A stretch of DNA of 64,000 nucleotides from Alphaproteobacteria bacterium (GCA_965248915.1 OZ252216.1:1297288-1361287); one strand, 5' to 3'. Positions 14,289-24,663 are shown, counted from the first letter of the stretch. A program made the numbers and translations. Notes: generated from the letters alone by a model not told the origin.

Positions 14289-14666
14289 TTACTTCAGCTC
14301 AACGCCCGCACCAGCTGCTTCAAGCTTACCTTTAAGCTCTTCCGCTTCGTCTTTGCTCACGTCGGCTTTGACATCTTTCGGTGCACCTTCAACAAGCTCT
14401 TTGGCTTCCTTCAGGCCAAGACCAGTGATGGCCCGCACTTCTTTGATGACATTGATCTTCTTTTCGCCTGCAGAAGTAAGTACGACGGTGAATTCCGTCT
14501 GCTCTTCTGCAGCTGCGGCATCACCACCAGCGCCCGGAGCGGCTGCAACAGCAACCGGAGCGGCGGCAGAAACGCCCCACTTTTCTTCCAGCATCTTGGA
14601 AAGCTCTGCAGCCTCCATTACCGTCAAGCTGGAAAGGTCTTCAGCAATTTGTTCTAGATTTGCCAT
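14289..14666 (-). CDS. rplL: 50S ribosomal protein L7/L12
   Basis: Ala-rich hinge and [20 protein letters not shown]. Confidence 0.99.
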   Translation of the reverse strand: MANLEQIAEDLSSLTVMEAAELSKMLEEKWGVSAAAPVAVAAAPGAGGDAAAAEEQTEFTVVLTSAGEKKINVIKEVRAITGLGLKEAKELVEGAPKDVKADVSKDEAEELKGKLEAAGAGVELK

Positions 14667-14711
14667 TTTTCAAGTTCCTATCGATTTGAATCTGGTTGAC
14701 GTCACTAATGT

Positions 14712-15227
14712 CTAAGCTGCCTCTGAGGAGCTATAAGCTCCAATGACACGCGCCACTTGACCGCCGGGGGCTTGCAACACGCCAGCGATCCTTGTCGCCG
14801 GTGTGCTGATCATGCCGACCAGCTTGGCACGCAGCTCGTCGAGGGATGGAAGCGCGGCCAAGGCCTTAACTCCACCTTCGTCAAGCAGGGTATCGCCCAT
14901 GATGCCGCCCAGAATGACGAGGTTGTCATTCCCTTTAGCAAACTTGGCGATGACCTTTGGCGCCGCGATCGGATCTTCCGAATACGCAATCGCCGTCGGC
15001 CCCGTGAACAGATCAGCAATGCCGTCTGCGCCCGTACCGTCGAGAGCCAGCTTCGCAAGACGGTTCTTCGCTACTTTGAGCGACGCCCCCGCCTCAGCCA
15101 TTTCGCCGCGGAGACTTGTCATCTCTTTGACGTTCAGGCCTGAATAGTGGGTGACAACCACGACGCCGGCTTCTGTGAAAACACCATTAAGTGATTTCAC
15201 CATGTCGGCTTTTTGGGTTTTATCCAC
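14712..15227 (-). CDS. rplJ: 50S ribosomal protein L10
   Basis: [12 protein letters not shown] and [11 protein letters not shown]; GTG start at 15227 after a GGAGAG SD. Confidence 0.97.
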   Translation of the reverse strand: MDKTQKADMVKSLNGVFTEAGVVVVTHYSGLNVKEMTSLRGEMAEAGASLKVAKNRLAKLALDGTGADGIADLFTGPTAIAYSEDPIAAPKVIAKFAKGNDNLVILGGIMGDTLLDEGGVKALAALPSLDELRAKLVGMISTPATRIAGVLQAPGGQVARVIGAYSSSEAA

Positions 15228-15427
15228 TGCTCTCTCCTGTTTTTGCAACTCCGACACATGTCGGAAGTCACAGGTCCAGCAAAACCGCCGGATCGCCCTC
15301 TGAAACAGTCAGACATGCGAGCCGACGCTCATTTGCCTGCCCTTTTCCTCAACAGTGACAACCACCGCTTCGGACGAGGTACGAGATTCAAATCGACTTC
15401 AAAGGCCCCTTGAGGCCAAAAAAATCA

Positions 15428-15497
15428 GATCGTCTCCCGTCTAGGTGGGCAACACTCGATTAAGCCCTTAAAGGGCGCCCACGGTCTCGGACAGGTT
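15428..15497 (-). promoter_or_regulatory. L10 leader (rplJ autoregulatory RNA)
   Basis: Minus strand AGACCGTGGGCG...TTAA...GCCCACCTAGAC, the typical L10-leader pattern between rplA and rplJ. Confidence 0.7.
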
Positions 15498-15572
15498 GGA
15501 AGCTTCACAATCACTTGCTTGGCCCCCACTCCCGCTTCACGGTTTGAAACCGATCACGGGAAACTCTTCAAA

Positions 15573-16271
15573 CTATCCGCCCAGTATTGAGGACGGATCG
15601 ATATGGATGCCAGGGCCCATCGTCGAGCTCAACGCGAGCTTTTTGAGGTAAGTCCCTTTGGCACCGGATGGTTTGGCTTTCATCACCGCATCAATAAAGG
15701 CACGGACATTGGTTTCAAGCTGATCTTCGGAAAAGCTTGCTTTGCCGACGCCGGCATGAATGATCCCGGCCTTTTCGACACGAAACTCAACCGCGCCGCC
15801 TTTGGCATCTTTCACCGCGGTTGCGACATCTGCAGTCACCGTGCCCACTTTCGGGTTCGGCATCATGCCGCGCGGTCCAAGGATTTTGCCCAACCGACCA
15901 ACAACCGGCATCATATCCGGCGTCGCGATACAGCGATCAAAATCAATGTCGCCCTTTTGAACCTTTTCGGCCAAATCATCAGCACCAACGATATCGGCGC
16001 CGGCTTCCTTAGCTTCATCAGCTTTCGCATCCTTGGCAAAAACCGCGACGCGAACCGTACGGCCTGTGCCGCTTGGTAAGGAGACCACCCCCCGAACCAT
16101 TTGGTCCGCATGGCGTGGATCAACACCCAAGTTCACCGCAACTTCGACGGTCTCATCAAACTTCGCCTTGGCCCGTTCTTTGACCATCTTGACCGCATCA
16201 CCAACAGGATAAAGCTGTCTTCTATCAATGCCTTCAACGGCACCTTTCATTCTTTTTCCAAGCTTCGCCAT
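15573..16271 (-). CDS. rplA: 50S ribosomal protein L1
   Basis: [25 protein letters not shown] and [15 protein letters not shown]. Confidence 0.99.
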   Translation of the reverse strand: MAKLGKRMKGAVEGIDRRQLYPVGDAVKMVKERAKAKFDETVEVAVNLGVDPRHADQMVRGVVSLPSGTGRTVRVAVFAKDAKADEAKEAGADIVGADDLAEKVQKGDIDFDRCIATPDMMPVVGRLGKILGPRGMMPNPKVGTVTADVATAVKDAKGGAVEFRVEKAGIIHAGVGKASFSEDQLETNVRAFIDAVMKAKPSGAKGTYLKKLALSSTMGPGIHIDPSSILGG

Positions 16272-16275
16272 GACC

Positions 16276-16704
16276 TTACCCCTTCACCTCAAAACCCATC
16301 GAACGGGCAGAACCCATGATGATCTTGGCCGCTTGATCAATGTCACGCGCATTAAGATCGACCATCTTGGCTTCAGCGATCTCTTTGACCTGCTTCATGG
16401 TCACACTGGCCATTACTTCACGGCCAGGCTCGCTGGCACCCTTATCAACCTTTGCTGCTTTACGCAGCAAGAACGAGGCTGGCGGCGTTTTGGTCTCGAA
16501 CGAAAACGACTTATCCGCATAAATCGTAATGATCGTCGGGATCGGCATACCCTTTTCAAGGCCGTCGGTCTTTGCATTGAAGTTCTTGCAAAACTCCATG
16601 ATGTTCAAACCTGCCTGACCCAAGGCCGGTCCAATCGGCGGTGACGGATTTGCCGCCCCCGCTGGCACCTGCAATTTCAGGAAGCCGGTAACTTTCTTCG
16701 CCAT
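16276..16704 (-). CDS. rplK: 50S ribosomal protein L11
   Basis: [21 protein letters not shown]. Confidence 0.99.
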   Translation of the reverse strand: MAKKVTGFLKLQVPAGAANPSPPIGPALGQAGLNIMEFCKNFNAKTDGLEKGMPIPTIITIYADKSFSFETKTPPASFLLRKAAKVDKGASEPGREVMASVTMKQVKEIAEAKMVDLNARDIDQAAKIIMGSARSMGFEVKG

Positions 16705-16748
16705 TCTATCCTCTCAACGTCCGTGAGGCCGTTGCCTCACATTTCAGA

Positions 16749-16796
16749 GTGCGTGGTCTGGGTTCCGCTTGGACTTCTGCGGTCGCCTCCCACACG
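16749..16796 (-). promoter_or_regulatory. Putative L1-binding leader upstream of rplK
   Basis: Minus strand GTGTGGGAGG...AGACCACGC stem with an asymmetric purine-rich loop, resembling the L1 rRNA-mimic site. Confidence 0.55.
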
Positions 16797-16824
16797 AGTT
16801 ATCCGATCAATTTCAAAGCCCTAT

Positions 16825-17355
16825 TCAAGACTTCTGAACCTGACCATATTCAAGTTCGACCGGGGTCGCCCGTCCGAAAATTGAAACTTCCACCTTCAAC
16901 CTGGCGCGCTCCTCGTCCACTTCCTCCACAACTCCGGAGAAGGATTGGAACGGACCATCCATGACCTGAACCTCATCACCCACTTGATAGATAATCGATG
17001 GTTTCGGTCGCTCAATCCCTTCTTGCACCTGGTGCAAGATGCGGTCGACTTCTGCCTGAGCCACCGGCATCGGTTTATTCTGCGCCCCTAAGAAACCCGT
17101 GACCTTGGGTGTTTCCTTGATCAGGTGATAGGCCTGATCGGTCAAATCCATTTTCACCAACACGTAGCCTGGAAAGAACTTCCGCTCCGCATTGACCTTT
17201 TGACCGCGCCGCATTTCGACCACTTCTTCGGTCGGAACCAACACTTCTTCGAAGGCGTCTTCGAGGCCCGAAGCAACCGCCTGTTCACGGATCGACTCCG
17301 CCACCTTCTTCTCGAAATTCGAGTAGGTGTGAACGATGTACCACTGTGCCGCCAT
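16825..17355 (-). CDS. nusG: Transcription factor NusG
   Basis: WYIVHTYSNFEKKV, FFPGYVLV and KOW domain VSIFGRATPVEL. Confidence 0.99.
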   Translation of the reverse strand: MAAQWYIVHTYSNFEKKVAESIREQAVASGLEDAFEEVLVPTEEVVEMRRGQKVNAERKFFPGYVLVKMDLTDQAYHLIKETPKVTGFLGAQNKPMPVAQAEVDRILHQVQEGIERPKPSIIYQVGDEVQVMDGPFQSFSGVVEEVDEERARLKVEVSIFGRATPVELEYGQVQKS

Positions 17356-17389
17356 TAAAGTTGCTCCTTAGGAAACCCCAATGGGTCTC

Positions 17390-17623
17390 TTAGCTGCCAA
17401 GTCCCAAAATGAACTGGATGGCCCGTCCAATAACCGTATCCACCAGAAAGAAGAAGATCGCTGCGATCGTGACCATGATGAAAACCATGATCGTGGTCAC
17501 AATCCACTCATTGCGGGTCGGCCAAGTCACTTTGCGAACTTCGTTCTCGACCTCGCGAATGAAGCGAAGAGGGCTTGTCCGCTTCTTCTTCGGCTTACTT
17601 TCCTTGGCTACGTCTTGGGCCAT
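17390..17623 (-). CDS. secE: Preprotein translocase SecE
   Basis: EVRKVTWPTR plus one TM helix. Start set at MAQD because the longer ORF overlaps tRNA-Trp. Confidence 0.95.
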   Translation of the reverse strand: MAQDVAKESKPKKKRTSPLRFIREVENEVRKVTWPTRNEWIVTTIMVFIMVTIAAIFFFLVDTVIGRAIQFILGLGS

Positions 17624-17653
17624 CTCGTTCTTCGTCCTGTTCTGCACATTTAT

Positions 17654-17729
17654 TGGCAGGAGTGGAGGGATTCGAACCCCCGACACCCGGTTTTGGAGAC
17701 CGGTGCTCTGCCAGCTGAGCTACACTCCT
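17654..17729 (-). tRNA. tRNA-Trp(CCA)
   Basis: Cloverleaf; anticodon arm CCGGT-CTCCAAA-ACCGG; TTCGAA T-loop; CCA end. Confidence 0.97.
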
Positions 17730-17793
17730 TCGGGCGTCTCCTTCTTGTCCTAAGGACAAGCCTCCAAATCAATGTGCGGTTTGGCCGCCTTTC

Positions 17794-18984
17794 TTACTCA
17801 ATGATGCCAGCAACGACACCTGCGCCGACGGTACGACCGCCTTCACGGATGGCGAAGCGAAGCTTCTCTTCCATAGCGATCGGCACAATCAGCTCGACTT
17901 CCATCTCGCAATTGTCACCAGGCATCACCATCTCCGTCCCCGAAGGCAAGCTCACAACACCGGTAACATCCGTCGTTCTGAAGTAGAACTGAGGCCGGTA
18001 GTTAGTGAAGAATGGCGTATGACGGCCACCCTCTTCCTTCGTCAGGATGTAGGCTTCCGCCTTGAACTTCGTGTGCGGGGTCACAGACCCCGGCTTGGCC
18101 AAAACCTGACCACGCTCAACTTCTTCACGGCCAATACCTCTGAGCAAGCAACCAACATTGTCGCCAGCTTCGCCGCGATCAAGCAACTTACGGAACATCT
18201 CAACGCCCGTGCAAGTCGTCTTCGCTGTGTCTTTAACGCCGATGATTTCGATCTCATCACCAACATTCACAACACCGCGTTCAATCCGGCCGGTCACAAC
18301 CGTTCCCCGACCAGAGATCGAGAACACGTCTTCAACTGGCATCAAGAAGTCACCGTCAACAGCCCGCTCTGGCTGTGGAATGTATGCGTCGACTTCCTTC
18401 ATCAGCTCAAGAATGGAGTTCTTACCCGTCGCTTCGTCGCCGTCTTCAAGCGCCACTAACGCTGAACCCTTCACAATCGGAATATCGTCGCCAGGGAACT
18501 CGTAGGAGCTCAAAAGCTCGCGGATTTCCATTTCAACAAGCTCAATCAGCTCTTCGTCGTCCACTTGGTCGACCTTGTTCATGTAGACCACGATCGCCGG
18601 CACACCGACCTGACGAGCGAGCAAAATGTGCTCCCGGGTCTGTGGCATCGGGCCATCAGCAGCCGACACAACCAAAATCGCGCCGTCCATTTGGGCAGCA
18701 CCGGTGATCATGTTCTTCACATAGTCAGCGTGACCTGGGCAATCCACGTGGGCGTAGTGACGGTTGTCCGTCTCATACTCAACGTGCGCCGTTGAAATCG
18801 TAATCCCACGGGCCTTTTCTTCAGGCGCCTTATCGATCTCGTCATAGGCCGAAAACGTCGCCCCACCACTTTCCGCCAACACTTTCGTGATCGCCGCAGT
18901 TAGCGTCGTCTTACCGTGGTCAACGTGACCAATCGTGCCGATGTTGCAATGCGGCTTATTACGTTCAAACTTCTCTTTGGCCAT
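17794..18984 (-). CDS. tuf: Elongation factor Tu (second copy)
   Basis: Protein identical to 1008..2198. Confidence 0.99.
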   Translation of the reverse strand: MAKEKFERNKPHCNIGTIGHVDHGKTTLTAAITKVLAESGGATFSAYDEIDKAPEEKARGITISTAHVEYETDNRHYAHVDCPGHADYVKNMITGAAQMDGAILVVSAADGPMPQTREHILLARQVGVPAIVVYMNKVDQVDDEELIELVEMEIRELLSSYEFPGDDIPIVKGSALVALEDGDEATGKNSILELMKEVDAYIPQPERAVDGDFLMPVEDVFSISGRGTVVTGRIERGVVNVGDEIEIIGVKDTAKTTCTGVEMFRKLLDRGEAGDNVGCLLRGIGREEVERGQVLAKPGSVTPHTKFKAEAYILTKEEGGRHTPFFTNYRPQFYFRTTDVTGVVSLPSGTEMVMPGDNCEMEVELIVPIAMEEKLRFAIREGGRTVGAGVVAGIIE

Positions 18985-19075
18985 CTCGCTTTATTCCTCA
19001 ATCGCCGTTATCTTCAATTCGTCCCATACCGCGTTTGCGGCCAATTCACTTTACTCATGTCCCCGATCCCGGAGT

Positions 19076-19149
19076 TGGAGCGGGCGAAGGGAGTCGAACC
19101 CTCGTCTTCAGCTTGGAAGGCTGTGGCTCTACCGTTGAGCTACGCCCGC
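19076..19149 (-). tRNA. tRNA-Gly(TCC)
   Basis: Anticodon arm CAGC-CTTCCAA-GCTG; 74 nt; CCA end. Confidence 0.96.
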
Positions 19150-19169
19150 ATAATCTCCAATCGCAGTTA

Positions 19170-19254
19170 TGGTGGAGGAGGTTGGATTTGAACCAACGTA
19201 GGCTAAGCCAACGGGTTTACAGCCCGTCCCCTTTAACCACTCGGGCACTCCTCC
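19170..19254 (-). tRNA. tRNA-Tyr(GTA)
   Basis: Anticodon arm ACGGG-CTGTAAA-CCCGT; long variable arm; CCA end. Confidence 0.96.
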
Positions 19255-19586
19255 GTACCGATCGTCAGCTCTTGATCGATGACGCCAAGGCGCAACCCGT
19301 CAAGTCAAACTGCTTTCATCCAGATTCCCGAAATTGGGTGGAACCGCGCGTATTCTCTTGCAATCGCCCGGTCCAAAAAGAAAAATGCCCTTCTATTCGA
19401 CATGAATCAGGATATGCAAAAAGTCCCCGCACCCCAACCGGCTCGCTCCAAAGGATCTAAAATACGGATCTGAAACAAGTCTTGTGGGCCCCGAGGGCGT
19501 TCTTGCATGGCCTGGAAGCGCGGAATATAAGCAGATCGTCCAGGAAATTCAAGCGGCTATCCACCATAGAATCGAAAGAAAAATAC

Positions 19587-20372
19587 GTGCCTCAAAAAAG
19601 CCGTCCGAACAAGAATTCTAGATCAAAAAATCCAAGTAAACATAAGGATTCAAAGGGAAATCGCGATAGTACCGATGGTTGGATATGGGGACTTCACGCT
19701 GCCCGCGCCGCAATCAGCAACGAAAAACGCAAAATCGATCGCATCGTCGCGACACAAAACGCCGCCCGAGAGCTCACCCAGGTGCCCCATGAAATTGAAA
19801 TTCTGAGAACCTCAGATATTGATTCTCTCCTTCCCTCAGGCACGGTCCACCAAGGGCTGGCCGTCAAGGCCGGGCCCTTAGAGCCCCAGCCCCTGGAAGA
19901 TCTTCTCAAACAGGCCGAGAGCGCTGAGACCGCCTTCATCGTTGTGTTGGACCAAGTGGAAGACCCTCACAATGTAGGTGCCATACTGCGCTCCGCCGCT
20001 GCTTTCGGCGCCATCGGTGTTGTGGTTCAAGACCGTCATGCCCCGCAACTCACTGGAGCACTGACAAAAGTGGCCTCTGGCGCCGTCGAGCATGTACCGA
20101 TTGTTCGCGTCACCAATCTCGCGCGAGCCTTAGAACAAATTGCCGAAGCTGGGTTTTTCCGGATTGGACTGGCTGGAGAGGCCGAAACCGTCCTCCCAGA
20201 TATTTCCCCCTCGCCAAAGGCAGCCCTCGTTTTGGGGGCTGAAGGCTCTGGCCTGCGCAGGCTAACCCGGGAAAAATGCGACCTCCTCGCCCGACTTCCC
20301 ACAGACGGCCCCGTCTCAAGCCTCAATGTCTCAAATGCCGCCGCCGTGGCTATGTATGAGATCTCACGATAG
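19587..20372 (+). CDS. rlmB: 23S rRNA 2'-O-methyltransferase, SPOUT/TrmH family
   Basis: LDQVEDPHNVGAILRSA, LGAEGSGLR and SLNVSNAAAV; divergent from tRNA-Tyr; start uncertain. Confidence 0.92.
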   Translation: MPQKSRPNKNSRSKNPSKHKDSKGNRDSTDGWIWGLHAARAAISNEKRKIDRIVATQNAARELTQVPHEIEILRTSDIDSLLPSGTVHQGLAVKAGPLEPQPLEDLLKQAESAETAFIVVLDQVEDPHNVGAILRSAAAFGAIGVVVQDRHAPQLTGALTKVASGAVEHVPIVRVTNLARALEQIAEAGFFRIGLAGEAETVLPDISPSPKAALVLGAEGSGLRRLTREKCDLLARLPTDGPVSSLNVSNAAAVAMYEISR

Positions 20373-20384
20373 AGAACATATCGT

Positions 20385-21115
20385 TCAAAATGTAAGGCGA
20401 ATGCCTGCCAAGATATATCGGCTCGAAAAATCAATCTCGACCGTCTCGCTAGCCGCCGGATAGGAGTAATAGGTCTCAGCAGGGATATAGAAATTAATTT
20501 CGATCTGAGGCATTGAAACGTAACGATAGGCGACATACAGACCAACGTTGTCAGATATGTCGTACCGCAATCCAACCCCTGCTTGGTACGTAAGTCCGCC
20601 AGAGACATCGGCAATAATTTCATTAAACGCTGTGGAATCGCCGCTAGTCGATGTGAACCCATAACCGGCACCAGCTTCCACATATGGAACCCAGCGGCCA
20701 TCGAAGAAATTATACCGAAAATTGCCCATCAGCGATGTTGTTTTCAGTTCACCGCTGTTCCCAAAATTATAGCCCGCGTATGGCGCCGGACAGGTTCCTT
20801 GAACAACGCATTGAAGTACGGAAAAAACACCAATGCTTGCGCCATATCTTGCGACCTGGAACTCACCTCAGCTTCGATCTCAAATCCACTCTCAGTTGCA
20901 AATCCAAATGCACCGCCGAACGCCATATCTGGCTTGTCGACCTTCCCACTGGCCCTCGCGCCACCTGCGGCAATCGAAGAAGACAACCAAATGTCGTCTG
21001 CCTTAACGCTGCTACGCCAAATAGACACATAAGCGTCCGCATTCGCTCTTTGCGAAAACAAAACACATGACAAAACGACCCCTGCGACTAACAACTGACG
21101 CATCACAACCCCCAC
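20385..21115 (-). pseudogene. Small outer-membrane beta-barrel protein split by a frameshift
   Basis: The 5' ORF has a signal peptide and GFEIEAEVS. The 3' frame has GELKTTSLMGNFRY...PYVEAGAGYG...YQAGVGLRY and a terminal Phe. One extra T in the T6 run at 20822-20827 fuses them. Confidence 0.8.
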
Positions 21116-21311
21116 AAATTAGATCACCCAATCGCGCACCTTTAGTTGTACGAGCTTATCTACCCTCGCACAATCTTTGATTGTCATCAAGGTTGTTAGG
21201 ACACCAGGTAACTGAGTTGGCAATCAGATTGGCTGCGACCGTGTGAAGTATAGACGCAGCGGTTTGTCAGGCTAGAATGGGTCAAAACAAACGCCAACGG
21301 GAGAGAACCAG

Positions 21312-22586
21312 ATGATCATTCCAGAAGAGATCGCCTTAGCGATCATGGAACCAAAGTCCTACGCCGAAGACACACCTATGCATGAGGCCTTTACCTGGCT
21401 GCGCAAAGAACTCCCCCTGGGTCAAGCGCAAGTGGAAGGTTTCGATCCGTTTTGGGTCGTTTCCAGGCAGGCTCACATTCGCGAAGTCGAAAGGCAAAAC
21501 GAGCTCTATCACAATGGTGATCGCTCAACTGTGCTCACCAACATTGAGGCCGATCAAAAGGTCCGGGAGATGATGGGCGGCTCGCCTCACCTCGTCCGCT
21601 CACTCGTGCAAATGGACAATCCAGATCACGCCAACTACCGCGGTCTCACCGCTGACGCATTCCTCCCCCAAAACCTGATGAAGCTCGAAGAGCGCATCCG
21701 GGAGATTGCCAAAGGCTTCGTGGATCGCATGGCGGATATGGGCTCCGAGTGTGACTTTGCCCGCGACGTCGCCTTTCTCTATCCCTTGCATGTCATCATG
21801 GAAGTGATCGGCGTGCCTGAAGAAGATGAGCCGAGAATGCTGACCTTGACGCAGGAGCTCTTTGGTAACGCAGACCCTGACCTCAATCGCGACAAACAGG
21901 AATACACCGAAGTCGACGACGCCCTTGCAGGTCTCCAAGAAACCATTGCCGACTTCATCGTCTACTTCAATGAAATGACCGATGACCGCCGGGCCAATCC
22001 TCGCGAAGATCTCGCCAGCATCATTGCCAACGGTCAAATCGAAGGACAGGCTCTGGGACACCTCGAGGCCATGTCCTATTACATCATCGCTGCCACGGCC
22101 GGTCACGACACGACATCCAGCACCACCGCTGGCGGCCTATGGGCCCTATGCGAAAATCCTGATCAATTCCAAATGCTAAAAGACGATCCAAGCAAGATCA
22201 ATGGCTACATAGAAGAATCGATCCGTTGGGTGACGCCGGTGAAACACTTCATGCGCACCGCGACAGCAGATGCCGAACTGCAAGGCCGTCAAATCAAGAA
22301 GAACGATTGGTTGATGCTCTCCTATCCATCCGGCAATCGCGATGAAGAAGTGTTCGAGGATCCTTTCAAGTTCCGTGTCGACCGGGCTCCCAATCGCCAC
22401 ATCTCCTTCGGCTATGGCGCCCACATATGCCTTGGCCAACACCTCGCAAGAATGGAGATGCGCCTGCTTTGGGAGGAACTGTTGCCCCGCCTGAAATCGG
22501 TCGAACTCAACGGCACACCAAAGCGTATGGCCGCAAGTTTCGTCGGCGGTCCAAAGTCTGTCCCCATCAAATACGAAATGGCGTGA
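21312..22586 (+). CDS. Cytochrome P450, CYP108-like
   Basis: I-helix AGHDTT, K-helix EESIR and heme motif FGYGAHICLG. The N-terminus GFDPFWVVS resembles the P450terp (CYP108) family. Confidence 0.92.
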   Translation: MIIPEEIALAIMEPKSYAEDTPMHEAFTWLRKELPLGQAQVEGFDPFWVVSRQAHIREVERQNELYHNGDRSTVLTNIEADQKVREMMGGSPHLVRSLVQMDNPDHANYRGLTADAFLPQNLMKLEERIREIAKGFVDRMADMGSECDFARDVAFLYPLHVIMEVIGVPEEDEPRMLTLTQELFGNADPDLNRDKQEYTEVDDALAGLQETIADFIVYFNEMTDDRRANPREDLASIIANGQIEGQALGHLEAMSYYIIAATAGHDTTSSTTAGGLWALCENPDQFQMLKDDPSKINGYIEESIRWVTPVKHFMRTATADAELQGRQIKKNDWLMLSYPSGNRDEEVFEDPFKFRVDRAPNRHISFGYGAHICLGQHLARMEMRLLWEELLPRLKSVELNGTPKRMAASFVGGPKSVPIKYEMA

Positions 22587-22593
22587 GGACAAG

Positions 22594-22770
22594 ATGGCCG
22601 ACGACTTCAAAACCTGGCAATGCAAAACCTGCGGTCACATCTACAATGAAGCCGCAGGTGATCCCATGGAGGGATTAGAGCCTGGCACCAAGTGGGCTGA
22701 CATTCCGGACGATTGGATCTGCCCCATGTGCGGCACGCCAAAGTCGGATTTTCATATGATTGAAATTTAG
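22594..22770 (+). CDS. Rubredoxin (58 aa, below the ORF-track cutoff)
   Basis: Manual translation MADDFKTWQCKTCGHIYNEAAGDPMEGLEPGTKWADIPDDWICPMCGTPKSDFHMIEI. Two CxxCG knuckles; GAGGA SD overlaps the P450 stop. Confidence 0.95.
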   Translation: MADDFKTWQCKTCGHIYNEAAGDPMEGLEPGTKWADIPDDWICPMCGTPKSDFHMIEI

Positions 22771-22772
22771 GG

Positions 22773-23399
22773 ATGGAACCCCAAACCCTCCTCCTCTTCT
22801 CACTCGGTTTCTTCGCCCTTGTCGCGGCGCCGGGGCCGGACTTTGTTTACGTCTTCTCAAGATCAATTCACGAAGGACCCAAGGCCGGGCTCATCTCGGC
22901 TCTGGGTATATCCGCGGGCATGGCTGTTCATACAATCTTCGCAGTCGTCGGACTAACGGCCCTTCTCTACACATCAGCGATGGCCTTTCTTGTCATCAAG
23001 TTCGCTGGCGCGGCCTATCTCATCTATCTTGGTATCAAGTTCTTCCTGACCAAACAGCAATTCAAATTGGATTCCAGCAAACAGCTTGCTGATCCAGTAG
23101 TGATTTTTCGACAAGCTGTTCTTACAAATGTGCTCAATCCAAAAGCCGGCTTGACCTTTATGGCTTACATGCCGCAATTCATCACACCCGGGACGGCCAG
23201 CGTTTCAACGCAGGCCCTTTTACTGGGTGCCATCATTTGTGTGATCACATTGTCCTGGTACATCACACTAGGCGCATTCTCTGGATGGCTTAAGCGGTAT
23301 GTAGTGGATAGCCCGCGCCTGTCTGATGCCATTCGCTACTCAGTCGGCACAATTCTCATTGGTCTAGGTCTCAGATTGGCCTGGCTTGAACGGCGCTAG
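22773..23399 (+). CDS. LysE/RhtB family exporter
   Basis: APGPDFVYV, GAAYLIYLG and TNVLNPKA. Confidence 0.93.
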   Translation: MEPQTLLLFSLGFFALVAAPGPDFVYVFSRSIHEGPKAGLISALGISAGMAVHTIFAVVGLTALLYTSAMAFLVIKFAGAAYLIYLGIKFFLTKQQFKLDSSKQLADPVVIFRQAVLTNVLNPKAGLTFMAYMPQFITPGTASVSTQALLLGAIICVITLSWYITLGAFSGWLKRYVVDSPRLSDAIRYSVGTILIGLGLRLAWLERR

Positions 23400-23779
23400 C
23401 CCAATCGCCCGCCCTTCCGAAGGAAGTGCCAGCCGGCGAATGCGAACATAAGTTCCATCAAAATCGAAATGCTCAAAAACTGTGCCTGAGGCACACCATC
23501 AACTCCCAGGCTCAACAGTCGCCCCGCTGCTGCCCCCAACATGAAGGTGATCAGCGCTACAAGAGCTGGACGCGTGTAACGATCATTAAGTGCGCCCATG
23601 ACAAAGAGCGTTGCCATGCCCCAGTAGATTCCCATCAGTGCCCGAAATACATGTTCGCTGTTATTGGAGAAGATCAGCATATTGAGCACTTTGGCGACGG
23701 AGCTTTTCGGATTAATGCCGTAAAATCCACCTACAAGGTAGAGAATAAGTGCTGCCAGTAGAAGAAAGATTTTGGTCAC
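23396..23779 (-). CDS. DUF4345-like membrane protein
   Basis: About 4 TM helices with FRALMGIY...GRLLSLGVDGVP; probable GTG start at 23779. Confidence 0.7.
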   Translation of the reverse strand: MTKIFLLLAALILYLVGGFYGINPKSSVAKVLNMLIFSNNSEHVFRALMGIYWGMATLFVMGALNDRYTRPALVALITFMLGAAAGRLLSLGVDGVPQAQFLSISILMELMFAFAGWHFLRKGGRLG

Positions 23780-23953
23780 GTGTGCCCCCTGCTTGGAAAT
23801 GGGAATTGGCGGTTGTCGTAATGTTACGCGATACCGCGGCAAGAAATCGTTAAGCCGCCTGCTCACCTCGACAATGCGCCCCTCCCTCGATTGCAATTGA
23901 CCCAGGGACAAGGCCTAATGGAAAAAACGATAGGACTCAATGGGAACGCGATT

Positions 23954-24649
23954 ATGACAACAAACCTCTTTGATCTGAGCGGTAAAGTGGCTGTAATTAC
24001 CGGCGGCAACAGCGGCATTGGATTGGGCATGGCCGAAGCCATTGCCGCTCATGGCGCAAGCGTCTGCATTTGGGGAACTAACACAGACAAAAATGCTGTC
24101 GCATTAGAAACACTCCAGGCGATCAATCCCGGTGCACACGCGATCAAGTGCGATGTCAGTGACAAACAGGCCGTGGACAAAGCCTTCGACCAAACACTTG
24201 AACGATTTAGTCGAGTTGATGGGTGCTTTGCCAATGCTGGCGTCGGTGGATCAGGTCAGCGCTTCCAAGAAACTTCCGTTGAAGAATGGCGACGCATCAT
24301 GGATGTCAATCTCGATGGTCTCTTCTACACATTCCGGCGCGCCGCCGAACATATGGTCGAACGCGCAAAAGCCGGCGATCCCGGCGGGCGGCTTATTGGG
24401 ATATCCTCCCTAGGCGCCATCATGGGCATGCCACGATCACAAGCCTATTCCGGAACGAAAGGCGCTGTAATATCAATCATGCAAGGGCTCGCCGTTGAAT
24501 TCGCTCGCTTTGGCATAACCGCAAACTCCATATTACCCGGGCACATTCATACCGCCATGACCGATCAACTGTATCAGTTTGAGCCCTTTGTCAGCGCCTA
24601 TCATTCCGGCGACACGTTGTTGATTGACGGCGGCTTTCGTTTCGTTTGA
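23954..24649 (+). CDS. SDR oxidoreductase with an apparent in-frame C-terminal deletion
   Basis: TGGNSGIG, NAG and YSGTK motifs. The segment that normally lies between the substrate loop and SAYxxG...DGG is missing. Confidence 0.85.
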   Translation: MTTNLFDLSGKVAVITGGNSGIGLGMAEAIAAHGASVCIWGTNTDKNAVALETLQAINPGAHAIKCDVSDKQAVDKAFDQTLERFSRVDGCFANAGVGGSGQRFQETSVEEWRRIMDVNLDGLFYTFRRAAEHMVERAKAGDPGGRLIGISSLGAIMGMPRSQAYSGTKGAVISIMQGLAVEFARFGITANSILPGHIHTAMTDQLYQFEPFVSAYHSGDTLLIDGGFRFV

Positions 24650-24663
24650 GCGCAATTGAACCT

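Noticed and set aside
17624-17686. N-terminal extension of SecE in the ORF track
   Set aside because: Overlaps tRNA-Trp; the real start is the ATG at 17623
984-18795. Many plus-strand ORFs of 60-240 aa overlapping tuf, fusA, rpoBC and ribosomal protein genes
   Set aside because: Antisense shadows of highly conserved genes, with no motifs or SD support
20663-20673. AACCGGCACCA matching the 3' end of tRNA-Thr (possible att site)
   Set aside because: Only 11 nt, lies inside the beta-barrel coding sequence upstream of the tRNA, and there is no integrase
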